Shown here: piece after piece, positions 53,401-64,000 of the stretch | Layout of the letters: each line of letters opens with the position of its first letter | Numbering within the stretch: position 1 is the first letter of the stretch | Source: Iphione sp. A-MEVVRFRX5 | Taxonomy: Eukaryota | Direction: 5' to 3' | DNA: 64,000 bases | Assembly (NCBI GenBank): GCA_976226885.1 | Contig: OZ320316.1 | Span: 71,610,001 to 71,674,000, forward strand | Notes under the pieces: generated by a model | Told to the model about the DNA's origin: nothing | Database searches by the model: none | What the model saw: the letters and a program-made list of their open reading frames with translations, nothing else | Program-made: the position numbers and the translations under genes

Positions 53401-56400
53401 ATGGTAGTTTACAGCCAGACAAAACTCGCATACAATCTTATAGTGACCAGCGAAAACTAACCATTTTTCTTCGTCAAAAATAGACACCAGGAGAAGAGTA
53501 TAGGACGCCATCCGGAACAACCTCGCTGCCATGGCAGCCAGTACAATGACGGCAAACAGGCAGTGAGGAATTGTGTCCGGCAGTTGACGATGTCATATGC
53601 ATGCCATGTCAGCGGTGATCGAAGTTCCTCCAGACTAAACGGACGCCTTTCTGGGGGTGGAGGGGCGGACACCACAAAGGGAAATATCTTGACTCTCAAG
53701 GTTATCCTATTGACTGGGGAGACGGCCGAGCAGCAAGGGGCCAAAATATCAACAATGTGGGGATTTTTCTGTTGGCCTTTTTGTTATATGTATTGACAAT
53801 GCATGAAACGGGTTGATGTAAATGAAAACCTATACAATAATCTCTTACCGCCGCTAAACAGTTTACATATTCACGAACAGTTAATATGTTTTTAACATGT
53901 CGGTCTTGTAAACCATAATTATAGGCTACAGGTAGACGTCTCGGTAGTTAGTGGTTTTTGAACTGTCGTGCACTTTTTCTTTCGTGAATACTATGAAGAG
54001 CGTGTTTTCTCTACACGAGTGTATTTATACCAAGCGCACCTGTCTGCTTGCGATATGGCATGTTTTCCCTTATTAAAATATACATGCGGCTGCTACTGAG
54101 ACGAGAGAAGTACCACTGACCAAGGACATTGCCAGTGGCTACAGCTCAGTGCCAGCAAGCAGGCCAGCAGGACTTTTAGATTGAATTATTCTGTCATTTC
54201 GCTGGGGTCATTAAGGCCGAGGCGTTCGATTCCCACATTGCGTGGCGACCTCAAGCTACTGCACGCTCCCTTTAGCCAGGCAGATTTGGAGTCACAAGAC
54301 GAGGTTTAATAATGGGCCAGTATTAAAGCCACCTTTCAATTTTACCTTGCTGATCAGCATGTACCTTTAAGGGACATGTTCGCTGCCAGGCGAGTGCCAG
54401 GCGGCTACTGCCGGTCCTTGCTAAGTAGGAGAACATAAAGCATAGCGGTATCCATGCGGCAGGGATTATAAAGAGCCACATCAGAAGGCTGGTGGTAGAC
54501 CTGACCTGAGCACCAACGTCAGGTGGGCCAATTTGTACCTGCGGTTGAGTGTGTCCAGGGGGCGGGCCCGGCCGTCCGTGCTGCCGGCTAACAGACCGAC
54601 GGGCCGTGACCGGGCTAACAATGTTACTGATACCCCGAAGGACCCGTCCGCCATCCTAACCAGCTTGTTGGCGATGTACCAACCATCTTCTCTCCATTCG
54701 CTGATTTTCTTTCTCCGGTTCACCGATGCGTTTCCCAACAGTCTACCATGCTTTGTTTACGTTGTACATCAAGATCTGGACGTTCTAGATGTAAACACTA
54801 GTCTAGATAGAGAGAGGACATTAAGGGACAATCAAAAGCATATATATTGCGTTGTAATTCATCCCAATAACTAGATTTGTTTTTTTAAATATATATTTTC
54901 AGTTTCAGTTTTCAGTTTTGTTTGTTTTTGTTCGTTAAATATGGCTATAGTGTATCATGGTTTCTAGTGTATCAGTTATTCGCTTTTCTCTCGTTTTTTC
55001 CCGAGCTCCATTTTAAGATTAGTTGGATATTGTGTAACAAAGTATTTTTCTTGCTTTATTTTCTTGCTTTGGGGGAGAAAAAAAAACGCAAATGAAAACA
55101 CATTTCGCTGTGATCCATAGATTAGGGAACAAATGCCTGTTGAGCATATCGACTATATCCTTCAATGTCGCGTTCAGGAGAAAACACCAGGTTCTATACA
55201 TTCATACATCACGTCTGGACACGAAGGTCAGGAAACGGTCTTTGCTAGGCTTGGGGTCAACGACCACCTAGCAGCGAGCGCGGGCTCCCTTCGCCTTGGC
55301 ATAGCGTAGTTGGAGGACATGATGCATGCATGCGTCAGGTAATGGTAGAAGCAGGCAGTAGGCTGGGTCTATTAATCCACGAGAGAGTGATATCCATTCA
55401 ATGCAGATGGGAAGTGACTCAGCCCACAGCGACTTGCTTACATAGTAGGCGGCATTTTCAACCGAGGTACCCAGAAAAAGGAACGGATAAAACCCATATA
55501 ATTCAGGAACTAGTCAAAAGTAACATTTTAAAAAGTAGAGTGACAAAACAATGATACTTGTCATAATATTCTTAATACCTTTGTCAAATTGTGACCGATC
55601 GACTAATCAAATTTTCCTTCGAATACCTGGTTATGTGGAACGTTTTAGACATATTCATGACAGAGAATCCTGACAAGAAGAGACTAGTCTTGTTACAATA
55701 GAAATGCTGATCCAGAGGATGCTCCCCCTGCAGCGTTAGATAGAATGATGCAGATTAGGTTCTCGATCTCAGTCTCCTAGCGCTTCGTCTTACACCCCCC
55801 CCCCCCCACTTCCACTTCGTCATTTCGTGACTTACAACTCTGACGCGTGCACGATTTCGTTGTGAAAGATGATGAGCTGAGGTCTGAATATTCACGGCGC
55901 CCCCTACTAGGTACAAAAGCTGAAACACAGAATATAGTGAATAGTGAACGTAGAATAAAGGTTTCGAAATCTCAGTGGAACAAGCGGTCACTCTGGGGTC
56001 AAGCACTCGGCCGGAAATATGCAAATAAGCAAGGAGAGGGCACTAGATTTGTGAGAAAGTTGAGACCAGGTATTGTCGGATTGGATGGAAGTCTTCCGGG
56101 CAATCAGAAAGGGGGCACAATAGAGAGTTACTGATCCGGAAACCCCCTGCAACGATATTTTCCCGCACGCCTCCTGTTTTGCCCCCGGACAGAGATCAGC
56201 CTGTCAGCTCTGCTGGCCAAGCGTACTGGCAACGCACGCCTCAGTCACAAACATACCGCAGTCCTCCATCTGCCTGCGGCTCAACTTCCATGGTATTCTG
56301 AGAACAACCTGCTGGTTTGAATGTGCCTACGTTTGCTTCAGTGTTGATACATGGTGCTAATAAATACTTATGAAATAAATGTCCTGTTTATATGTAAATA

Positions 56401-56535
56401 CTAGGCAGCACAGCTTACGTTACGGATACACCTTGAGAAAGTACGCCCAGGACATAATCGCGTTTGCCTGTTTTTAAAAGAAAGAACTACACAATGTATG
56501 TTAAACGCTGAAGTTCGGCCTCTCTTTTCCTGCAG

Positions 56536-56727
56536 GTGTCTGGTACGCTGATGAACACGGGTCATGACCTGAAGATCGTGCTGGACGAGCCAAACCCACA
56601 TATCATCAACATCACGGGCGGACCTTTGGCCTACCGCTATCACGTGGCTGAGATCCTCTTTCATTTCGGTTCCATAGACAGTCTTGGCTCCGAACACACC
56701 ATCGACGGGCAGTCCTTCCCAGCCGAG
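56536..56727 (+). CDS. CA10: Next coding exon of the CA10/CA11-like gene
   Basis: Acceptor ctcttttcctgcAG at 56534-35 and donor GTaagg at 56728. The exon is 192 nt (phase 0/0) and encodes VSGTLMNTGHDLKIVLDEPNPHIINITGGPLAYRYHVAEILFHFGSIDSLGSEHTIDGQSFPAE, with the alpha-CA NTGH, HFG and GSEH..DG..FP.E motifs. It joins in frame to the 27642-27778 exon. Confidence 0.95.
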
Positions 56728-59298
56728 GTAAGGACATCATTCGCGTTACTTGTTTCTAAATGTATTGTGTGACAGCGGTACAGCCTCTGGGGCATTCCCT
56801 TCCAGTCAATCGGTGTTATAACTGATTTACGTTCACACGAGCAAATTCTGAATTCAACAAGAATTATTAAAAGACGGACTGATAGAAGGACAGGAGTGTA
56901 TAACTGGCAGTGATATCTTTAACGTGCAGAGAGTGAATATATAGGTCTTGTTTCAGAACATGCATGGCACACAACATCTGCTGCCCCTAGACTATAGACA
57001 CGAAACAAGACAACCTGATACAAAATCAAGTTCTTTTTATTGAGATTTAGGATTAAGGCTCCCTTGAAACACATTGGGCAATAGCCAGACATGAGTTATA
57101 AGCATACACTCTCCGAGTTAAAGATATAATAGAATGAGAGACATGAAGAGGCCCATAGCCAAGGGGGCATCTGGGGGACGGTCCTATACACTCCCCTCTC
57201 CCACAAAGGCCAATGAGTCCCGCCCAGAGACCTACCTATATGATACTCTGTGAGGTAATATGATTTATATAGGATACAAAACGAATGCCTAAACCAATAT
57301 GTGTGCTTTATCATATTGTTTGTTCTTATGCTTGATAAGATTTTATTGTTGCTCTTATGGTCGCAAGGAGTTTCACCCCTCTACTCTCAAATACCCTTCA
57401 AACAAAGTCCTGCCTACAGGCCTGATGTACATCATACAGGAAACACACAGGCACTAGGCCAGCAGAAAAGTCACTACCTAGTGCCCTTTCTACAGAACCA
57501 CTATTTGTCGATGGTACACTAAAACATATTGAACCATCCGATGCAATAGTCAGCAATAAACCGTTTAATTCTGACTTCCCCGTAGACAAATAGAAATGCG
57601 TGCAATATGATTACACCTTAGAACGCATGTGTACTCATCTGCTGACATCTTTTCGAGACAAAGGCGCGTAAATATATATCTAAGGAATACAGATATGAAT
57701 ACACATACTATACGATATGCATTCTCTGGAATAAAGGGAGAGCCAACGACATACACAACTGAGACTTCGTGGAATGAATGATAAACACATTTCTTATCTA
57801 ATGGACAATTAAACGCTCCAATTAGATTAAGCTCCCCTTGGGTTGATTGAAAGTGTAGGTAATGTTATGTAAATGAAATATTTGGTTCCTCTTGATGACC
57901 CTCAGAACCGACCTCAATTATTTTCCATGGGTTGGTTTCCCTTTTGCTGGGTTTTAGTTGGGTTTTTATTGTATATAAAACAAGTTGCCCTTTCCAGACT
58001 GTATTCTCCATCAAACGAACAGCTTTAAACTTCACCAGAGGAATGATCGTATAGCCCAGACAGCCTCTTATTCCGAATAACATGACCCTGTGCTCATGTC
58101 TGACGGAATGGGAAGATACAAATGAATATCTAGCCGGATGCTTCTCCTCATTCAATATTCCGTACCTGTTCTTCTCTTGATCGGGTTCTTCCCAAACATT
58201 ATATACATTAAGAATGACCTCAAAGACATTTTATATCAAAGAAATGTATCTGTATGCATATTTTCCTAATGCTTACGGGAGATGTAACAAATTATAATTA
58301 TGGAAGTTGTTTCTACAAAGCTAAATAAATATTGCCGGATATATTGCCTCAGGAAGTGGTCAGTCAAGACTATATCCGTTCATTTCATTCTTCTCCACTT
58401 ACAAACTTCGGACGAAAATGTTAACATAGAGTTTTCATTTCCTGGTGTTAAAAGTACACCGTAGATAGCGAATGAAATGGAAATCTGCTGAAACAGCAAT
58501 AATATTCTACCGACCATTTATCTAGTAGTGACAGTAGTAGTATCATTTTGTTATGATATTTAGTTTCGGGCAAAGCATTGTTATTGAATGTGTATTACGA
58601 CACATCGCATCCCATCGAATGACGGTTGCCTATGATATATGTATATCTCTGTAAGCAACAGCACAGCAGATGTTTGTTTAAAATGTTAGAACCACAAAGA
58701 ACTTACTCCAGTGTGAAACAACGTGGATCATCGCAATGATCTTGTCACATGATCATTCCAATCATGGTGACTGGAGGACGGACTAAGTGGTTGTATTAAA
58801 ACGTGACATTACAATGAATTTATCATTTGTAATCGATACTTAGATACATAAAGCAACATTGCTTCGTATTTCAATTTTCTAATGACCCTAACGAAATATC
58901 CACGTGATTTCTGAGTATATATGGACACCATTTGGACAGTAAATAAATTGAGTCAGAGAAATTTCACACGACCGTACTCGGCGGATTCTTCAAAATGCTG
59001 TAGAGATCCCTATTTCGGAATCGGTTCGTCGCCTAGAAGTTAGTGCAAACGGAAAGGCTTCACCTGACTCACAAGGGACCCATCCTGATCTGTTCGAATC
59101 TTAGTTATTGGCAGGCTGGAGGGGCGCTGTGCACACGTCCATGGCTGAGCCTGCTGCCCGGCTGCCCTCCCTCCCTCGCTACTCGGGGTTCTCGCTACAA
59201 CGACCACTCCCTTAAGACAGCCATAATGGACGACCCCGATCAAGGCCATGTCGCCACGGTGATCCCTACATGCTAGTTTCTGGCCTAACTACACAGAG

Positions 59299-59312
59299 GT
59301 TGCCATGGAAAC
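59299..59312. promoter_or_regulatory. RFX X-box consensus match
   Basis: GTTGCCATGGAAAC fits the X-box consensus GTNRCC-N0-3-RGYAAC closely. It is followed ~15 bp later by ATTGG (reverse CCAAT) in a locally GC-rich segment. Confidence 0.5.
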
Positions 59313-62300
59313 AGACCTCAGCTTCTATTGGTTGTAACAGTTGAGGATGATTAGGCATGGCCTTTGACAGGGTGGACAGCCATTAGGTGCAGGTCGAGCT
59401 ATTTAACTGCAAGCAGGCACCCACGGTAAGCAGGCACCCACGTCCAAACCCTAGACCTCTATGCAACCTATCCACTGTTCATATAATGTACCAACCATAT
59501 CTGGAGAGGTTTGGCTTCTGTGCAGCTTGGGGCTGTACAGCCCTCATGAAGAATTTTTGTTGTAAATGTAGTTGTAATATGAGACCTTTTGTGGTTCTTT
59601 TGGCGACTGGGCTGCTGTGGTAGTTGCAGTTGGCGTTTCTCTTTTCCTAGGGTTGAGATGTGTACGGTGAGGAGCCTCTTCAGGTCGGCCCAGGTACATG
59701 GTAGAACTTGACCTGGTGCCAGCTAGGACGTAACCCTCGGGGATTCTTCGGTTCAAAAAACATCTGTGTCAGAAGAAACAGACCCTAGACCCCGTATGTT
59801 ACTAATACATCCAATTTTTGTAATAATTTTTGTGCATTATCTGATATTATCGCCGACAGTGTTTCTGCATCTAAGTAGACAGAAGTAAGGCAGTGTACCT
59901 ATGATCGATTGGTCCCTCATTCAAGCAGATCAAGGATAGTGGTGGCACAGCCTATTCATATCGGAAGAGGGCCCTAGAGGGCTGAATCCTAGATGAGAAT
60001 CTTATCGTTCAGTTTATGTCAAATTCTATTTTTGTCACGATTTTGTCAGATGCACCGCGTTTGTCCCCCTGTATGATGAGGATGGGCGTTCTTATATTCT
60101 GCATTCCGCCTCCTACTACCTTCCGGCTTTATCATGTGCCCCGGTAACAGTTATAAAGTAGTCCTTCAAAACATGCTCTTGTGTTTCATTGAATTGGTCC
60201 TTGGGGTTTATTGTCGACGGCATGCTGTTTATATTATGGTAGGTGCAGTTAAAATTTTAACTTTAATTTTCACAGTGAAGCCGGACTGTTTATGAGCTGC
60301 ATTCCCTCCTATCATGCCGTACATTATTTTAGCGTAGTCTAAGCAGCAGTAAATAAAACCAAAAAAATAGTGCATTTCATTTGTTGCCCGAGGAGAGACG
60401 GGGAATTGGACTTGTGCCCAACGAAATGTCATGTTTGTTGAGGGGCGGTGCGAAGTGCTCATTAAAAGGAATCATATGCCATGAGGTCGATGGCATGCAC
60501 CTCATACATGTCACATCTCAGATGCCCATCACCCAGCCAATACCTGGTCCTTTTTTATGGGCCTTAAGCATGACAACATCGAATCCACTCACCCTAAGTA
60601 ATCCACACGAGCCCTGGCAACCACCCACCTGGCTCCGCAGGTTTACAAAATTAACATGACCATGCAGCCCCTATAACAGCATCTTAAATTGTGAAGTAGT
60701 CACATGAATATCTATCTCACATCGGCAGCATGCAAGCGAGGTAAGTTCGGGATAAAATCAGCCGAGCACCACCCACACACTTCATAAACGTTTTCCCCAT
60801 ATTATGGTTTAAATAAGGCTAGATTTATTGACACCGCCTGTGAAGTGTCACTGATAACCGTCTATGCTACAGTAATAGTTTTCCGAAACTACATGCGTGA
60901 GCGTAAACGTGTTGTATTTGGAATGCGAAGATGTTGCACTTTAAATAACATGCAATTTGGTAGCCTACCTATAATCAACCACGTACTCTGATGTGGGCTT
61001 ATGTTACTAGATACATTAAAAGCCGAAAAATCGTTAAATCTTTATATTATTTAAAGATACTATTTTACAAACCATATGATCTTTAGCAGTGCGGTTTCCA
61101 GGACGATTGAGGCAGAGCTTTCCACTATCCAGAATAAGCATTTTACGGGATACAAAATATTGTCAACAAAGCGGAAGGCTTTGATCAAGACGCATTGGAT
61201 GGCGGTGCGGTAATCTGATGAAAGAAATCAAATTTACACGAGACTAGGTGAAGTCCCCTTTGTCCTTTTCATCTCCATTTGTCGGTTTGAGTGATACGCT
61301 CGCCATTGTGTTCTGGAAGAATCCAAACCAAAATGGGTCAAAATAGAATGCTTCCTGAATAATTATATTATATAGACTGGATGATAAAATATAGGCTAAG
61401 GATAGGAGAGAAACACCATTTCCAGGCGTATAAGTGACGCCGGGGCGGGCTATTGAAAGTCTGTGTGAGGCCTGCTTCCCCCTACTGAGCTGTAAACTGG
61501 CTCCTTAATATTCTCACCTTTTCACTAAACACGGATGCATGACCATAAAAAGCTACCGCAGTGGCGGCCGGTGACGCTAAAAGCGACCACGACCTGAGCG
61601 ACTCGTCGCTTTCTCGCAGAGGTGGCCCTGACGTGGGCGCCAAACGAGGTCTCGAAATGGGCGCCCGCCCATAACGCCCGCCGTGGAAACAATGCTAAGG
61701 CGCCCGTAAACGACTGCAAGAGTGACGCTGTCCGGGTAGCACCTGAGCTATTGATCTTTGATCAGCTGTGAATTTACCACAACGATCAGCCTCTTCTTAG
61801 CTGAGAGCGGCTCATCCCGTGCATGCAATGGGAAACAAAATCCACCAAGAGTTCTTTTTTCAAAGAACACTTTCGTAGAAAACCGACAAAAATTATTGAT
61901 AGTAGTTTCAACGTCGTTTCTGCACCTTCGTGCGTCTTCTTTCAGAAGAACACATGCTTGTGCACTCATACTTACGCAAATTTGAGATTGGCGCCGATAT
62001 CATTATACAGTGTACTTCTAAACAGTAAAGTTTAATATTATATCACCACAATCACTCAGAGGCTTACACCAAGATGCCTCAATGCGTGAGAATACAACAC
62101 ATTTATTCAATCTGTTTGTTTTGAAGTGACGATTTTCATATGCCCCCATTCGTTCTGTCGAAGAGTCCACACCACAAGAGACAGACGGTATGGAGCTCCA
62201 TTTTAAATTGACGATCACTATGGCAACCATCAATTGCGGATGCTCTGAAGCGGGCACTCTATCATAACCTCTCGCCCTTGCCGATGACTCCTTTGAAGCT

Positions 62301-64000
62301 TAAACCCCTCGCAACCCTACCGGTCACCGGAAGTCCTGCTGCTGGTGTCTCATCTCAGGGGTTACCCTCCGGATTTTGCCGCGATGTGCCTCGCTTTGAT
62401 AAGGCGTAGCGACAGATGACGTGCGTCAAAACCGCATTCATTGGCTCGTCTGCATGAAAGGCTTTGTCTCTGGCTCACTTAGCCTCAAAGTTTTTGTCGC
62501 CTTCTTCCTTTCACAGGATCGCAGTTTTGCTGTGATTTTTTTTCCTCGGTGGAAAAACATACGAGCCAGTATCAAATGTCTGTCCCCTGTCACTTACCCG
62601 CGACGAAAAATACGAAAAATCTCCTCATCCGACAAGCACATCACAAAAAAAGTCACAATTAAAGCCAGAAAAGTTCAAAGTTGTACATTTCAAGTTTTGT
62701 TTTGTTCAACCAATTAGAAAAAAGAAATTCTGCAACAGACATTTCGAAAGAACACAGCATGGATATGGATAAATGATACGAACGGATTTGCAGGCGGCAT
62801 CAGAGGTCCCTGTCTTTATTTTTTTTTACAATATCATGAATCATTATTGCCCTTCGATCTTTGGTATCAACCAACGTTGAGGCGCATCGCGCAGCAGCCC
62901 ATGATGTCAGCGCTGGGCGCCGCGGTTGTCAGCGCCCGAAGCCCTTGGTAGACTCGCAGCATGGCAGGCGCCCGCTCACCGTCCGCTATCGTTTGTCAGT
63001 TCACCCCCACGTTCTCAAACCCGCCTCCGCCCCTTTCGCCGAAGGGTTGCTTTTTCCTAGAATGGGCAGCGCTGTAACAAGACTTCTGCTGTCTTCACTA
63101 CCTGCTGATTATACCCAGACACTGTCAGCACAGAGCGCAGGCCTTTTCGTTTAGGTTTTTCCCCAACCATCGCGGCTGTCGATTGCGCTTCGAATGGTGT
63201 TCGTCTAAAAAGCAAGCATACAGATCTCAGCTGGAAGACATCGCTGGACATTTTACCTGAGGAATCGATCCTAGTCGTAGTAGGAAGCACAGGGAAATGC
63301 TTTGATTGTTTTGATTGTTGCACATGTGATGACAGCCCTTCAAAGAAGACAGGTAGACCCCGGTACACTGGTGTCTTTGATGTGTCGTAATTGAGGATGT
63401 CTATAGAAAGGCTTTGAGTTTTTCATCCATCTGACCTCGACAAGAGAGCGCTGGACAGACACATCCATACGGACACCAGGCAGCTGGTGCAAGTGAAACT
63501 AATTCTGAGTCATACGAGTGGGGGCTCTCGCAACCAGCTTGCTGGAGAGTGGCCAATTTTCTAACTACTACGAGGGCATCAATCGAGCCTTACTTCGATT
63601 CAGCCAACTTGTATAAGGCTCCTTCTCTCAGCCCTTAATAAGCTCGCGTTTGCAGCCACTTGTAGCGGAGCCATATGGACGATGCACTGGACAAACAATG
63701 CATGTAACACAGCCATTATCTTTTCTTAATTAGGGTAACGTTTGGAAACTGGCTTAGGATTTTTAAACCCAGCTACACGAATAGTGTAAACTTCGTACGT
63801 CCATAGAACGAAAAAGAAAACCTATAACTCCTAGATATTTAGAGCACACTCACACCCTTTGATACATTGATAGAAAGACAAACGTTATCTGTTCATCATT
63901 TTTTTCCATACGACGACAGTTTGATCGCAGACGCTACACACTCATGAACTGATCTTTCGAAATAGACTGAAAATGATGGATTCCTCAGCGTGAAGATAGG

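Larger units (their letters stand above)
27779..56535 (+). other. 28,757-bp GT-AG intron of the CA10-like gene
   Basis: Lies between two phase-compatible exons whose peptides are contiguous in CA10-family proteins (...DKHR|VSGT...). No intervening CA-like exon is needed or seen. Confidence 0.88.

Noticed and set aside
54130-54250. GTTCGATTC B-box-like word suggesting a tRNA or SINE
   Set aside because: No properly spaced A box and no cloverleaf.
59387-59425. Possible next CA10 exon VQVELFNCKQAPT (AG|...|GTAAGC), with spacing like VQLIHYN
   Set aside because: The acceptor has no polypyrimidine tract. At 39 nt it is far shorter than the expected ~32-codon exon and has no downstream similarity. 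The donor arises from a tandem duplication of aagcaggcacccacg.
41843-63325. Partial matches to miR-133 (41843), miR-210 (~56767) and miR-315 (~63310)
   Set aside because: Only 11-13 nt match, the rest of each mature sequence diverges, and no hairpins are evident.

Overview
AT-rich eukaryotic (metazoan, probably invertebrate) genomic DNA. The only host coding sequence I can support is two + strand exons (27642-27778 and 56536-56727) of an acatalytic carbonic anhydrase-related protein of the CA10/CA11 (CARP) family, separated by a 28.8-kb intron. I found neither the preceding nor the following exon, so most of the window is probably intronic. The non-coding DNA is a mosaic of CpG-rich, TE-free segments with transcription-factor-like motifs (notably ~28.9-36.5 kb) and decayed, often CpG-poor mobile elements. 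The elements include a DIRS/Ngaro-like tyrosine-recombinase retrotransposon whose gag appears split by an insertion, CR1/L2-type LINE relics, a pogo/Tigger transposase relic, a piggyBac-type MITE, a tRNA-derived SINE head and a 35-bp fold-back palindrome. The most intriguing observations are hammerhead-ribozyme-like motifs in the large intron: two mutually homologous Penelope-type minimal motifs and one isolated motif with intact stems I and II but a broken GAAA. I found no convincing novel protein-coding system. All calls are by eye, without database searches, and TE boundaries are approximate.
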